Shown: one piece after another, positions 42,401 through 58,300 of the stretch
Layout of the letters: every line of letters starts with the position of its first letter
Numbering within the stretch: position 1 is the first letter of the stretch
NCBI GenBank assembly: GCA_040954595.2
Contig: CM082586.2
Location: forward strand, 3,392,349-3,456,348
Source: Balanoglossus misakiensis
Lineage: Eukaryota; Animalia; Hemichordata
Length of the DNA: 64,000 bases
Reading direction: 5' to 3'
The notes under the pieces: generated by a model
Database searches by the model: none
What the model was told of the DNA's origin: nothing
The model's input: only the letters and a program-made list of their open reading frames with translations
Program-made: the position numbers and the translations under genes

Positions 42401-45400
42401 TTGATACATGAATCTGAACAATGATGGGACACTCTCAGAGTGCTTTAAGTGAGATATGATACTACAATCATAGTGCAAATTTTTCAGGCGATAACTTTTT
42501 TTCTGAGCAAGAGTTAGTTAGTTATTATTAAAACAAACCTTACATCATCATCGGATAATGATTAGGGATTTCCAATATATGGCACATTCAACACAGTGTG
42601 ATGCAGTGTCTACATTAAGAACGATTACGTTCCTCCAAAACAAACCAGTACAGATGGAATTGATTTTAGCGATCTGCCATCTCTATTAGCTTGGCTGATG
42701 TACTGCAAACCGGGAGATGACTCATGGACTCAAATTAAATCAAGTGAGTCTAATGTACCTCCTTGTAGCATGCAAGCTGCATGCCGTGAAGCCATGGCAA
42801 CAGATACGGTGTGGGAAAACTTCAAAAGACGCAAAGCATAAATGAGACATTGGTGGGATGAACATTCATGGATTTACAAATTCCAAGGTCACAATTTCAC
42901 TGAATGGACTTGAGAATCGTACTTAATTCACTCTTCACAACATTCTGAACAAGGAAATTTTACCACCTTTCATAACCGTGTTCCCATTGAGACTTTCCCG
43001 AACTGCACCTGACTATTTTAATGTCAATTATGAGAAATTATGATGATTTGTGGCCGGCTCAGCATCAAAGATGCATGAAATATATGGGCAAATGTGGTAA
43101 TTTCTACCTTTATAGTACAACACTCATGGGTCCTCTACAAATCTCATGTGACGCAAGGCAGAAAACGAGATTCAACTAGTGACAGATCAAATTACTTTTT
43201 CTTGTTAAGATGTTTAATGCATGTTTGCTTCGAATCATTCTCTCCAACACCTATTTTTCGATGACGGCACCGACACAAAATTACTTCGGATCTGAAGTCC
43301 AAGTTCTGAAATGGAAACGACGGCCTCCATTCTTTCTTGTAAATCCCCCCGTGGCAACTCACAAGATTTAATTGAGTCAGTTACCAACCATCTGGTGAAA
43401 AACTGTTGATACGACTTAAGATGTAGCTGGAATGACGTAGAACCGGTTTGTGGGGATTACAACACCGTATTTGAATAAGTGCGGCTTAATGCACATTCAT
43501 GTTGACTTACAGTAAAACCCACAATGGAATGTGAAATAAAGATTGAGACCAGCTCGTGATCCGATTCTCATGTCGGCACACAGCCCAGTTGAAAGCCTCC
43601 ATAAAGTAATTCAAACCCCGGAATAACCAATGTGGGCTGACATACAAGTAATGACGTTATCTCATCACTACAATGATAAGGAAACACGTCAGACGACGTC
43701 GAGGCTTTCTGCAAACTGCAGATTTGAAGGCTTTAATTGCACGGCTTTTATCTCCAGCATTAACTAATAAAATATGCAAGGCACTGCAGCTATAGAAAGT
43801 CTGAATTGAAGAAGATCTTATCTGTCGTGTAACGTCTCGAGTAATGCCATCATTTTCACACCATGAACAATGGTTCAGATTTTCAAAACTTTGAAGTGAA
43901 AACGTAGGATTTCAGCCTCACGTCACTTGAAGAAGAAAAAACACTTGTCCTTATTAGCAAATTTTCCTTTCATGTAGATGGCAAGTTGACACTGTATATG
44001 AAGTTTTCTGAAACTTATTATTTCATACACATCATGTAGATTTCAACATGCAAGTTGTTATATTCAGCTCTTTTACTAATTGACACACCTAGTTTCAAAC
44101 AGCATCTATCCATCATTAAACTTTCAGTGAAAGTCTGGCAGATCTTAACATTTTATTTTTTTATCAGACTCTGGGTTTACACCACACACAATGAGCTGCG
44201 AATTGTATCTCAAAGTAGCAGGTGTTTTCCTCAAGTGACAACAAACACAAAACAACAATCCATTAGTTTCAAAACAGAAAAACAATTACATGGAACATGC
44301 ATCGTAGCCTTGTGCTGTGAGAAATAAATTTCCAATCACTGCTTCATTTCCATCTGCCTGTTTTTTTCTCAAAGAGAACTGTATGTGGCTGAGTGAACAA
44401 ATAGTGTATGCCGGACTTCTCGACGACATCACATGATACAAAAAAATTACTTTGACACTGTAAGGTTCATTTTCCTTCGGCAATTATGCTCTCCATTCTA
44501 TTTAATTGGCACAAAGTAAGTTACACAAAATTGGAATTTCCCCCAGGACATCTGTGACGATCATCAAAACCTATTAGATTTTCTTTTCACAGAGTACGAT
44601 GACTCTTCTGTACTGTATATGGTATGCCTGGTACACCGAGTACACGACAGTACAAATGTAACCACCCTAGGACATGATCTCCAGTATCGAAATGGCCTAC
44701 TTCAGAGCTAGCCGGCGAGACAACAGCCCCTCTTTACAAGTGCATCTGTCACAGTATATGCAGTGTGCGTTGCGGGGGTAATGGATTTCTGTAAACGTTT
44801 ATACACAAGGTGGTACTTCAAACGAGAGCCATAACAGGCCAGGTGCAGTTGATAACGGTAATCTGAGAGTGAAACTGGCAGGTTTGAATTTGTAGTTGGA
44901 CAAAAAGAGGTGCTGTTCCAATATATGGCGTGCTCTTGGGTGTTGTTAGTAAATTTGTCATACTGAGGGTATGGCAACAGGTGTCAGAGTTAATGGCTTG
45001 GATGAGTCACTTACAACTGTAGCATGGTAATCATGGAAGAAACCACAGCCATTTGACAATTAACCAGGAATGTTTTCCTTCCTGAGGAGAATAAGGACAA
45101 ATGTAAAAGCTTTCACAGTCTTCCCAACAGTATCCTTCTACAACAGGTTTCTTTTGGTCTAATCAATGCTTAGGTATCATCACCTGCCTTGGCTAATTTT
45201 GCAATTATTTTTGAGCAGGCTTCTGAAATGGAGACAACGTGTTTTGAGATCACCGTGGTCAAACTAACAAAAAAGCCAGCAAATACATTAAAATGTACCT
45301 GAAATAAAGTATATGTCATCACTAATACAACAGAAATACATGCATTATACTGCAAAGTGCAACACGATTAGTTTGATAGTGGAGATCCTTCGCACAGCAG

Positions 45401-48400
45401 ACAGACACTGGTTCAGGTCATTATCTGAGTTTCTGTTCTAGCTGTGAAAACACTTCAATCACAGCTTTCACCCGGCACAGATCTTCAAAAGTAATGATTT
45501 TCCCTTTTTCTTTTATTGCATTCTTTTATTGCAGAAATGTCATGTTACGCCCGCGGGGATATTGACTGTATGCACAGCTAATTAAAGTCTGTCGTATGAT
45601 AGAAGTATGGGATTAAACACCCTGCAGCGAAACAAGGACCCAGGAAAAAAGAAACAACTTTCAGAACTCGACACTGCAATGTCACTGTGCCCTACAGTAG
45701 GACACAAGTAATCCTAGGTTTAATTCACACATAGTTTGAGGTTTAATTTATACCAGTTGGTGCTTTTGTCAACCCTATAAGAATAAATAAAATTACTATA
45801 CACTGTTTGTGAAGTTCTTAATAAATTATTCCACAATCTTAAAAAAGTAGCTAAGTGTCTGCGAGCTTTTACTATTGGCAGGGGGAGACATCCATGTATA
45901 CTGCATGTGCACAATCTGTGAAAGAAGTAGCTAGAACAAATAACTGACAGCTAACTGCCCCTTTAACTATCCCGCAGTCACACATTAACTGTACAGTTCT
46001 TTAATCACTCAGTAATTCTCTTCTCATGCAAAGTCTATTATAGGCATATCATATCTTGACATCTTCACTCGAAACGGTCTGTATAGCTTTGGGAGGTTCA
46101 AGTAATTGTCTTTGTTTAACCTGCAGGAACAAAAGACTGGCGACACAGAGATTTTGACATTCTCAAAGACGGATCATCTTTCCACTTGCAGTTACGTCTT
46201 AATTATACTGGCTGTGTGCCTTGAAGAATTTCACCTTCAAACTGGATGCCTTTCTGAGCCCACGGCATAAAACATCAATGTTGGATGTTTTTGTGGGCGG
46301 GCGGTACGTTTCAACTCTGTGATGTCACAATGTTTAGCTGGAGCAATCATTTCTACTTTACGATGCTGTCTGGACGCGCGCAAGAAGTAAAACTGACGAC
46401 CGCTATATATGTACTATGTAGTCTTAGCCGACATTTTTTTGAAAATGTGCTGGAAATGGATGGATTACACAACTGATACTGTCAAGACAGTATGTGAATT
46501 ATATCGTGTTAGTAACCTACACAAGTCAAGGAACGGATGGGGACACACATACTGTGCTAAAAATAGTATTAAAGTGTAACTATGGCAACATGGAACATGG
46601 TTATCAAGGAAATGGAATCTAATTTTTTCTCTTAGTCACTTAGCAGACCAGTTTAGGAACCTTTTTCATTTTACTTCCCGACTCTGTGAAGTGAGGTTCA
46701 CTGAAGAGTCTGAGGGAAGCAATATTTTTGATTAAAGAAACTGATAGACGTACATTTGGCGAAATCAGTAAGCTGTTAGTGAATATTTAGCTGAGCATCT
46801 CCAGGAAGGAACTCCAAAGGTCTGGCAGAATTTCAATCATCTTCTGTTGAATTGAGCGCAGGGGATAAAATCCAATCCACCTCGCATGCCAGGATCGGAA
46901 CAGATTTTGCCGTTTAATCAGGTAACCAGCCAAAGTGTAGCAAAGCTTGCATTAAGGCATTTTGCTCCACTGTTCCAGACACTTTCATTACCTTCTCTTC
47001 CTCTGCCTTTTCCGGGGAAGTTAATTATGCTTCTCAGATTCCCCCTTTTTTTTTGCTCTATTTGACCAGTGTTTTGTGTGGACTTCATGGTGGCGATTCC
47101 TAGCAAGAAACACGTATATTGAGACTTAATTCGCAACGCATCTAAGATAAATCTCTACGGTGAGAGATTCTGCTCAGCATAACTGGGTAGAACAGTACAT
47201 CATTCCGATCGATTTTAATTGTGATTAAATAGAAAATTAGAAGTCTCAACCACTTAAAGGCAAGGATTCCATAAATTGTGATCAAAGCGTTCCTGGAGCA
47301 ATGTGCTGATTTAGTGATGATAGCAGGCAGTGATGGATTTCTGTCTGTAATGGAGTTTTTTTAAAAAGGGTCTTTCTCTCCCCGACTATTTGCACTAAGG
47401 GTTACTTGATTAGGAAATAAAAGATCCCTTTCCTTTGACTTAACCGTTCCGAGATGAGAAAATCAAACAGCTTGGTTTTTTATGCTAGTTGTAAAACCCT
47501 TTATATTACACAACTTCATGGTGAGGTTATCCTTGTAGGTATATTGGATTGAGATGAATCCTGGCTGGATAATGGATATCGCAAGTTCCATTACTGTTTA
47601 TTCACTAGAGTGAAATAAAAAAGTGGAAGAGATTAGTGGAGGTTCATTGTCCATTCTCAAAGTCTGGACTGGTTAACTCTTGAAAACTTGAAATGGCTTT
47701 CCCAGTACATTTTATTATTACACGTATCAACGCCTTGCAATAAAGAAATATTCAAAATGTCTGCAGGTTGTTTATTTAAAATCACTTGGCACTTCAATAC
47801 AATTTTATGAAAAGTATTTTTCGCGGCAAAAAATGGTTGAATTGGAGGCAGGGAACCAGGCTGTGTAAGAAGACAACCAATTCAACGCATTGGCAGGTTG
47901 ACAGAAATATTCACAGTGGCAAATGCTGAACCCCCCATGAGTACAACAGGCCTAAAAGTGGCTGGTGTTGCTATTCAAACACGCCATTATGTAACAACAA
48001 TCGCCTACTCATCAGTACCGTCGGATCTGAATGCAACCAATTCACATAGCACACACTGGTATTCAATTATGCCAATATTCCTGGAGTGTGTATGGATCGC
48101 ACGGCACCACAAACAAACCTAATTTGGGAACACGGCACCACTCCAATTCCTGTCACCAACATGCTGTATAGCCCCTAGCAGCATGCAGATATGCATTTTC
48201 ACTTCCACAGCTATTACACATCCCAGTGTGGCTGTTATAGCTTGTGATTAAAATTACTTTGTCAGTTCACACCTTGGCAAGCCCTAGCTGCGATCTCAAA
48301 TAGGATACACCCAAATGCATATTTCACTGAATACTGTAGGCTATTGGGACCATCACTTAATATAATTACCAAGCTTACTGAAGTATGACCATAATAATAC

Positions 48401-51400
48401 CATACAAGGGACCAATTAATTCCCTGTCTCAACAGCATACTGAAATTATACCTCATGCAAATCATATTTCTGAGAATAAGGCAGTTACACTGAACTCTGT
48501 TTGAACTGACATCTCTCTGCAATGGGACACTTACTTGTGAAACAGGAAAAAAAATACAAAATAAAAGTAATGAGAACGGTTACACTAAATTAGAACAGCT
48601 ATCGTCCACCTGAGCATCATCCCAGAAGCTTTTCATACCCACACACCTTTTGATTAACTTTCTTATTTTCTCCTTGAGTGTGGGTAGAGTTAATTGTACT
48701 TACATTGCACTTTTATTGACTGCCTGTATCTATTATGCCAATGCACTTGCAACCTGACAGTACAAAACACATCACTGCTGAATTGTACCGACAAGACAGT
48801 ACTACATCATCAATTTTCCAATATCAACTTCTATTTCTCTTTCTTTGCCTCCACCTCTCTTCAAAAGAACAAAACAAGAATGTCACTATTTTATCTCTGA
48901 CTGAAATACCAGTAAATTTGCAAAAATATTACTCATTACACAGATATTATTCAAAGTTCTGAGATTTGTATATTACACTGTCACCCGCTCAAAAAAGTGC
49001 ACACAGCAAAAAACTTCACATCATTAAACATTCTGCTTGGGTAGGGTTACATTCCTTTCCTTTACAGTCTGAAAATTAAACAAACGCGTCACAGTCACCC
49101 TGTCTCTTCGCTTTCTTTTAAAAATTCATGCGAAGGCATAGGGGTGAAATTACACACAGACGTTAAACGTTTATGTGGGCTTTGGACTGCTGGGTCTATT
49201 AGTCATATTAGCCTTTGAATATTTCATCAGCATGGCTACTTTAATCGCATGTTCGGATCAGCTCGACACTTTGAGAAAATGACTGCAACAGACTGGCACT
49301 TCTCCTTGTTGTAGGATATGACAGACGTCTCAATCGGTTGCCGGAGTTTCGGAAATTGAAGACAGATTCCCACAGATCCCGGCAAGCCTTATTATTGATA
49401 AGGGGTTTGAGAGTTCACACTCTCAGAAATGAAATGTTGAACCAGAGTGACATCTCCAGCTCGGAAAAGAAATCATTAGTCCTGATCTTTTGCTCAGGAC
49501 GGTCAATTCTTGAGTTTCTCAAACAGTGTTGATTACTGTAGCTGCACTTCACAGACAGCAAGGAACACACTAATGGCCAATCATCATCCATCATAAAAAA
49601 ATCTTATTTTTTCATCAAAAACAGGTTTTGGTTTAAAAAAACGGAAGGTAAAAGCAATGTTTACAGCAAAACTTTTACATTTGATCAGTCAGGTGTTTTA
49701 TTACAGATTGCATGTCCAAATTTGGAACTGATAAACTTAAACACAAAACTAGGAAGACAGGCCATAGGCGAAATCTCAGTAAACCCCGGTAGGGCAGGTA
49801 ATAAAAGAAGCCATGCTTGATTATACAGAACCAAAATACTGAAAAACATATCAGAAATTACAGGCACTGTCCTTGTAATCTTCACGTGGGAGATTCAATT
49901 AGGAGATGCCCAAAAAGGCGAGATTATTTTTTGTGTGTTTCAGAAACGATGTACAACCTTACACCAGCCAGCATGGTAATTCTTGTATTTGCCTCAGTGA
50001 TTAGGCAGCGATGCATGGTGTGATGTAAAATAGAGATCTTTCGAACCCTTGGGGTAAGATAGGAATCGTGAATACATCTGATAAGCTGGCAGTGCGATTG
50101 AAATCAGGTTTCGCTAGACAAATAATTCTTTCATCGGATGAAGAAAATGGCAGAACCGTACTGCGTTGGCGAAATGATTGACTTCTTTGGACCAAAGCAT
50201 TGCATTGCTGCCACAGACACCATAGAATTCCTGAATATTGTCAAGTGAAAATTTTCCAAATTCCTATAATCACACGAAGATGGTAGATAAATTTAATTAA
50301 TGATCATATCTCTCGAGTCTTTTGGGAGATACAGGATTACAAATAATATTTCACAAGTTTTAATATTTTACAGACAGAAAATTTCAAAAGTCATGACAAC
50401 TACACCGTAGGGTTTGGATGGCACAGGTACATGTAGTCATAAACAACTTGACTGAACCTTTGTCTGGCAACCTTGAGAATCAAAAGGATTTCTCTCGTGG
50501 TCGTTGCCCCTCGACTACTCCACAGCAGGCAATAATGCCCTGCATTTCATGGCTAATTCACGGCCAACAGATTGGATAATTGGCGCGCACTGACGTCAAC
50601 CTGCACTCAATCAAAGCTGCTGCTGAGTGGAGGATCACTCGCACCGAGCCCGATGATTGGGGTCTGTCAAATGCATCAATGATGGCAGGAACTTCGCTGA
50701 AAGTCATCGCCAGTTATGTTCCAGAGGAAGTAGGTTTTCTGACCTGTGCCTCTCAGGAAATTATTACGAACAACAATTTGGTTTTCCTTCACAGAGGAAA
50801 AAGAATGAGCTCCTGTGAAACTTGCTTTACGCACTACTGCCGTTTGATGCCATGATGTGAAAATCTGAATCAAGAATCGGTGTGGTTTGACAGTCTGGTG
50901 GGCATGTACATGTACATACAGTCACCGTTTTACTGATACAACAATGAAATTATATAATGTCTTTTTCATATCCAGCTTTACAATTTCACAGTTACCAAAA
51001 CGACACATACATTTCTACAATGAGAACCACTGCGTGCACTAATTGGACAGTTGTGTACTTTGGTTTCTATGGAAACAAATGGTAAAACATCCATGCTTAT
51101 ATAAAAATACATGGGTTTACAGTTATGTTTCCAGCAGTGGTTTCCATAGAAACAGTGGCTGTTCAGAAAATATGACCCAGGACTGTCTGGCTCTGAAGTT
51201 GAGTTGAGGAATGGTGTACAGTCGGTTGTCTAGAGCTTTGAAAATGGACAGATTTGCGTACAAGACAACGGCAGACATGAAAGACAGAATTGATGTCACA
51301 TACAGTCTACCACGGCCACTCGCCCACACATGCCGGTATCCTCCACCTAACAGTGGGAGGAAATTAGCTAATAAAGATTTAAGTGCCGGGGATATTCTAT

Positions 51401-54400
51401 ATACACATAGGGACCACTATGTATAAAGGGATTAATGCTTTGTGTGGACTGCAGGATTAAAGTCAAAATAAACACTTATTAAAAAGTCATTAGCAATTGA
51501 CTCAACTTGTATATTAAAGTGTGTCGAAGAATGTATGTATTCTGGCATATCTGTCAGTTGTGTGTGTGGCTGGAAACTTTGTAAAATTAGGAAAGATCAC
51601 TTGGACCGTAGGTATGATATCATGACCAATGACTTTCAAAAAAATTGTGCTACCATGAATGACAACTGGCGTAGCTCAAAGAATTGAACCTCCAAGTTTG
51701 TTATCTTCACACCTTTTTTAATTGAAGGACGTGTCTGAACCCACTTGCTGTCAAATAAATGAAGACGGCCACGTTCTTTTTAACTTCCTGTCTCTCAAAA
51801 TGTCGTTGATAATGGTGCAGATACAGGACTTTTGTATAAATTTGAATGGAACTGCCATTACAAACCGTCAGCACTTTCTGGCATCTCCATAAAACTGACG
51901 TGCAATGTGCATCTTTCTGCCCAGCTCAGTTTACAGTCTGCTTGATTGATAGCAGGCCTTCAATTCATAAATATTGATTTTTATTTCTGTGGATTTGTGA
52001 ATGGAGAGACAATTTACTCAATGATGCACTCATGATATTCTTTTATTACACTTGCTAACACATAAACCTCGCATTTTTTCCATTTCAATTTTATTGCCTT
52101 TTTGTCAATAACGTGTAATGTAGATGACAATTTATCCCATTACATTAGCCAGCATCGGCTTACTGTGGCAGCAATGAATTGTGTTTGCGACTAATTGATG
52201 GAGATATGGGTCTCATAAACTCTTTTGGCTCATGATATAAAATGATAGTTTATAACATAAATATTGCTTTGTAAATTGTAAGTAACAGTATATCCTTCCG
52301 AGGGAAAATTAAACTGTTGAGATTGCCATCTCTTATGTTTAGTTAGTTTGTTACGACATGACAAACATACATGTACCGGTATGTATACAGATTCTAAAGC
52401 CCAACAGTCAGTCAAAATGCTATATTAAAGCGCCACTAGTTGTAACTTTTGCAATTTTTTTAAGTGAAAAAATAACTATTATTTTACTGCACTGCTAAAG
52501 TCACAAGGCGACAATTAACTAATGCAGTGTTTTTTGGGACAGATGATGGAAACTTTTCATCTTGGGGGAAAAATGAATGTGAACTTTGATTCGTCATTGA
52601 GCAAATTGCCTTTCACACTACAGGTGTTTCAACACCAGTCCAATCTGTTTCCTCCCACACACTCCCACAGTTGGTTATGACTTCTGCTGGAGGCAGTACA
52701 CGGCAAACTGGCATAATTTCCTGGCTTTTCAACCGTGGGTGCACCTGTGTATTCCATCGTCTGATTGATCTAGCTGGGCAGAAAAGAGCCGTTGACTTCC
52801 AGAAGGATCTGTTCTCAAAGATGCACCCCACTGCGCAGAACTTTTTTGCATTATTTTCAGGAGTTTACATGTAAACAGAAAGTTTATACATGTGTACCAA
52901 AGTGCAAATATCAGCTGGTTATCACACCTTTACAGGTTCATAGTTGAACAGATAAATAATAAACTAGTTGCAACTCAAGTATGTCTGCCTCTATCAGGTC
53001 CAGTTACCACAATAGGTATAAGAATTTGATATGAAAGTTTACTGGTATTGCATTTTTACTGAATTTTTATCTTTTTAAAACAAAATTAATGGCTGACTTG
53101 CAGACCAGAGAATTCAACAGTTGTTGTTAAGAAAGAAGAAAACATCACAGAGTTTATAATCACGCAGCAGGGTTTGGCAGACATCGTTATGAAGTCACCA
53201 ACCTGTTACGAACTCAGAACACCACGATCTTTATTCTGTGATATCTAATTGGCAAATTTCTGACGAGGTAATTTTGTCAGTATGGCGATCTTTAACAAAG
53301 CAAGCCACGATGTTACTTTTGTCAGGTATTCACTTTTACGAGCATTTCGTGGCATGACTGTGATGAGAATCACCTGTACTGAAAGCTGACATATGCATGT
53401 ACATGTCACCTTGATCAAAATGAATTTTTCATGGAGCTGTTATGGTTATTATCTGTCAGTGTTGATAAGGGATGTTTGCGTGAATACTGATTTGGTGCAT
53501 GCTAGTCTACTCTGCCCTGTCACGTTTTTGAAATTTCACAGTCTGGAAAACCCCAATCTGCTTTTCCTGCATGCCTTGATTTGCGTGAATGAGATACACG
53601 AAATCCAGGCGCTTATTCCAATTACAAATGTGTGAAATGTTTTTTTCTTCTCTTTTGTGATATATCTAATTATTCTTCAGAGAAGCAGAACAAACATAAT
53701 TATTTGTAGAAGAAAATGAGATAACTACATACATGTATGGTACATTTTAGAATCATTTCAACACAGTACGTGTACAAGTACATAATTTTTGACGAATGGT
53801 TATATACAAATTATATACACCTTAAACTTAAATACACGTCGACAGATGCTGTTCGTTGCTAGTCAATCTGCCACATTGCCAAGATTTCACCATCATTCAT
53901 TTCCAACGAAACAGTAAAAGTAAGAGTTATTGGGTGTTAGGAAAAATCGAAATTTACGGCAGCTACACGTACACAAGCATTGTACACCTGCACACAATAC
54001 ACAGGCAGTAAAACCATTTTCCACCGCGCAATTTCCAAGTCAAATTTATGTCTCTGAATGTTATAAAACGCAAGACAGATAATGCACACCCCACAAAGTA
54101 GATTCGAAGTTAAACAAAATAAAAACCTGCCGGATAAATCACTCGGGTAACTGCGCTACTAACTGCCCAATCAGGCTGGCAGAATTTATGTGTGACATTT
54201 CGGGTAATTGTTACAAAATATCAAAAGTGAGCGGTAAAAAAACCCAAGAATGAGACGTGTGAATGTGTCCATAAAATACTTTTTTAAAAACCATTAGCGA
54301 TTGGAATAAAAGGGTAGACTTCCTTTAATAAATCAGATCCCAGAAGCAATGCAACAGGGAATGATGAATGCTCGGGAAGAAAATCATCATAAAATAAAAA

Positions 54401-55239
54401 AAATCTAGTTACAGCTAGTTTCATTAAACTTCAACAAGCCTTCCTTTTACGCGGACTGAATCAGACGACTTCCCCACCTGGGATCATCTCACGTTTTTAA
54501 GATCTGTGAAAGTCGCTAGACGGTAATGGACGGCTCAGAGATTCTTAATCAGAACTCGCTACAGCTCCTGGCTTCAGTAAAGCAAAACAAGATTCGGAGA
54601 ATGCCAAAATCACATGAGGGAATTTATCCATTTTTTCCTACTGTGAAAATTCCCTCTTGAAGACGGCAAGAAATTCTCTGCGAGGAACACTATATGCGTA
54701 GGTGGCATTTATTTGGTCATTCCTGACACCCGAGGTGTGAATAAAAACGAACAGTACGTGGTAAAACTTAAGTGAGTTCTATATGACAGCAGGCATCTCT
54801 TAACACAGTCTCCGGGATATACAAACTGAGCACTTAAATCTTTAATTTTTTTCTTCAAAAAAACACATCCAGAAATGAAAGTAATGGCTGTAAAAGGGTT
54901 AACCTGTCCTATTACTTGCAACACTTTCAACAAATATTCACAAACATTACTTTCAAGATTGTGGTGTTTTATACAGCTGACAGAGTATGTGTATTTTAAT
55001 TGAATGCTGAATAGAAAACATAAATAGTATTTGTATAGCCATATGGGTTTGGTTTGTGAAATTAATTTTTCCATTCCAAACTACAGATTTCCACTAGACG
55101 TGTACATGTACTGCAATGTGACTGCATACGGCAGTATTTCAATGAAGACAGTGAACTGATCAAATCTGGGAATGGGGACATCATCAGACAAGCTTCCAAT
55201 AGCGTAAAAATTGCATACATACCCGTACAAACTGAGTTT

Positions 55240-55380
55240 ATTCATTCATTCTTTTGTCCACTCATTAGTTCGTTCATCCACCCACCCACTCATCTATCAT
55301 TCTATTCATACATTCATTCATTCGCTCATTACCTTGTCCATCCATCCATCCGTCCGCCCACCCATCCATACATCCCTCCA
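55240..55380. repeat. Degenerate (ATTC)n/(ATCC)n tetranucleotide tract
   Basis: Runs such as ttcattcatt, cacccacc, cattcattcattc and ccatccatccatcc. Confidence 0.8.
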
Positions 55381-58300
55381 TTAATTGATACTGTTTGTGT
55401 ATTCTAATATTATCTTGTTTTTGATGATTCTTGGTCATAACTCCTGCTCAAGGTCAGATTTCAAGGCTGCTACATCATCACAATCATTTATGATTTGTTA
55501 AAAAACAATCTACTTAATGTAAATGTATCCCTTGGGTAAGGAAGTCACAGAAACCAACAGGGCAGTAACATTGGATCAATATATCTACCAACAGTACCAT
55601 ATTTTGAGTCTGGTGTTTTTTAGGGATAAATCTCAACAGTTTGACAATTTCAGGATCATTGTTCTAAGTCAATGACATCTCGTACACGACATCAATGACA
55701 CAGCATATGGTATTTAACAATGTTTTTGCTAAGGTAGGGAACATTGAATGATCTGGAAACTCCATTTACAATTCCGCTAATCCATTAATAAGACTGCATC
55801 CATTGATACAAGGAGGAACCACAGTAAATTGACTGGGGAACCTACTGGTTACATTTTACCTGGGCCTCAACCTTAATCAAAGTAGTCTATAACAAATATA
55901 GTCTCTGTAGGCAGATGAATATATTTTTTCCAGAATAGTAAACGGCATTCATGTACTTTCCATGAGTGGTCAGAGTTCCGAGACTAAAACTCCGGGATTG
56001 TACAGATCCTGTACATCCAAATGATTGACATATCATGTCCTCACGGAAAACATCTCACTCAATACTGACAACAGTCCATCCTTTTAAGCTTATTTGCATG
56101 ACACCAAATTTGATGCATTTTCTTCATCAGAACAACTTTCTGCTTTGTGCTATGGAACATTACAAAATGTGTTACTCCTTTCAGAGTTTTGAAATAAAAA
56201 AAATAAAGTTTCAGTTATTCTTAGCAAGGCACATTACCGGCTCCAATGAATAATTTAACAACTTTGCAATATATTTTAATGGATATGAAAAAATGTACAC
56301 AACACTGGTTCAAAACACCTTTTCATTCTACTTATCCTGGCTGTATGTACCATCCATAAAATTTCCGTCAAACTCCGAAAGGGCACAATATTAATTCTCA
56401 CGATGACCCGAGTCGGGGAGAAATCTATCAGCACAAACTTCAGCAAGCACTAAGCTGTGAAAAGGGGTAATGAGCGTAAAATAGATGGATCCACGAGAAA
56501 ACTTCTCGGCTAACCGTCCCTTCGGTTTGACTGTGAAATCACGTGCCATGATATCCTGATTAATCCGCAGACAATCTTGCGAAAAAAAAGTGCAGCACAC
56601 TACCCCATTACACTCACAGATTTAATTTGCCAACGGTTTTGTGATATTGCCACTTTCTGCCGAGAAAATTGGTTTCGACTCAAACTGTGCCGATAAATAA
56701 CGCTGAGCGATACAGCTGACGTTTTATGGTTGTTTGGTCGCTGGAATGATCAATGTAGCAGACAATTTTTGTTTTGCCGAAGAAAAAAACACTTAGGAAA
56801 GCTATATTCAAAAAACGTCACTATTAGGATGTGGGATTCCAACAGCGTGTTGATAAAATATAACCGCAAGCAATCACTGTATGTATAGGTGTCAGAGCTG
56901 TTATCCGTAAAATGCAACATTACAGAGGAAGGCAGCAAATTACCTTTCTAATGACACCCTGCATTTACCCTCAATTTTCAAAACTCTGATGAAAGATTTA
57001 CTTTGACTGAAAGTGACTGAAATCTTGATGTCTGCAATAGTAACCTTCATCCAAACTATACCCATTTTGGTTTACCGACATCATTAAAGGGATTGACAAA
57101 CATGAATGGTTATGTTTTGCGGGATATTTTTCAGTGTGACACGTGCAATGAAGTGCTACCACAAAAAACACACAGCAAATTGATAAATCTATCTCAGTCT
57201 CAGCTGTAGCTTAGGTCGTCATGCTGGCATTGACAAACACTGTGGTGAGGGTGGAACAGGATTCCCTCACTCTTTTCTGAAATACCAGCCATAACACACA
57301 GCCAGTCAAACTCACAGCCTATCACTTGGAAATGATCCCGCACACTCGTATTGTTCAAGTTCCATTCCCTTTTCATCAATCTTGACATCTGTCACAGGGG
57401 AAACAAAGAAGGAACCTTGCCCCCTGACTGCCCCAGTCAATCTCAAATAAAAAGCCATTTATTTTCGAAAAATGGAAAAATGATTAACCTTTCCTCCCTT
57501 TCCAGTCTCAGTCTGTAGACTTCCAATCTTTTTGATACATGAAGCTGCCACATCACTCGCCTTCACTGATGCACACAGTTTGCTTTGAAAGCAGTTACTC
57601 TGTATAATGTGCAGTGTTGAATTCCACATCCACGTTAATTATAAAGCGTACGAGAGATAAGACTATTCTCACCTCGACATGTCATTCAAGAATAACCGTG
57701 GAATGACAAACTAAGATCATTCTGAGGAGAAGAGGTGTACAAGGAAAGTGAAATTGGAAGAATGTTCTTCCTTTTTCCGTAATCGAATAAGACAAATCAG
57801 AAGCAAAAATAAGTTAGAAATACATTTATATGGCAGGCCAACATCACTCTGGTTTATTCTGACTGCACAACTGCTACTGATCACCACAGAACTTCCATTT
57901 ATTTACTACAAGTTTAATCAGCTTAACACCAGTTTAAACTCTGTTACTGAACTCTAACAATACAGATTGGTAACAGCATGTTTGATTAATGTAGGTAGGC
58001 TCTCAGATGCTGCTCCGAATTTTAAAAAAATTTGGACAAACTAAATTTATGACAGATTAGGGTTTTTATCACAGTTGGGTACTTGCAAAGGTGTTTACCA
58101 CTTATCGACTCAAAGATAAACAGCTAAATCGTGGAATTAGTATTATCTATTTGATGAGTTCATCTTTAAGTAGCATTAATATTTGTAAGTAGGAAAAATA
58201 ATTTATAATAAATAGTTCACACAGACATTAAAACTGATGATACCACAAATTGTATATCAAAAGCTTTATGGTCGGTGTGATCTACACAGAATCCAATGAA

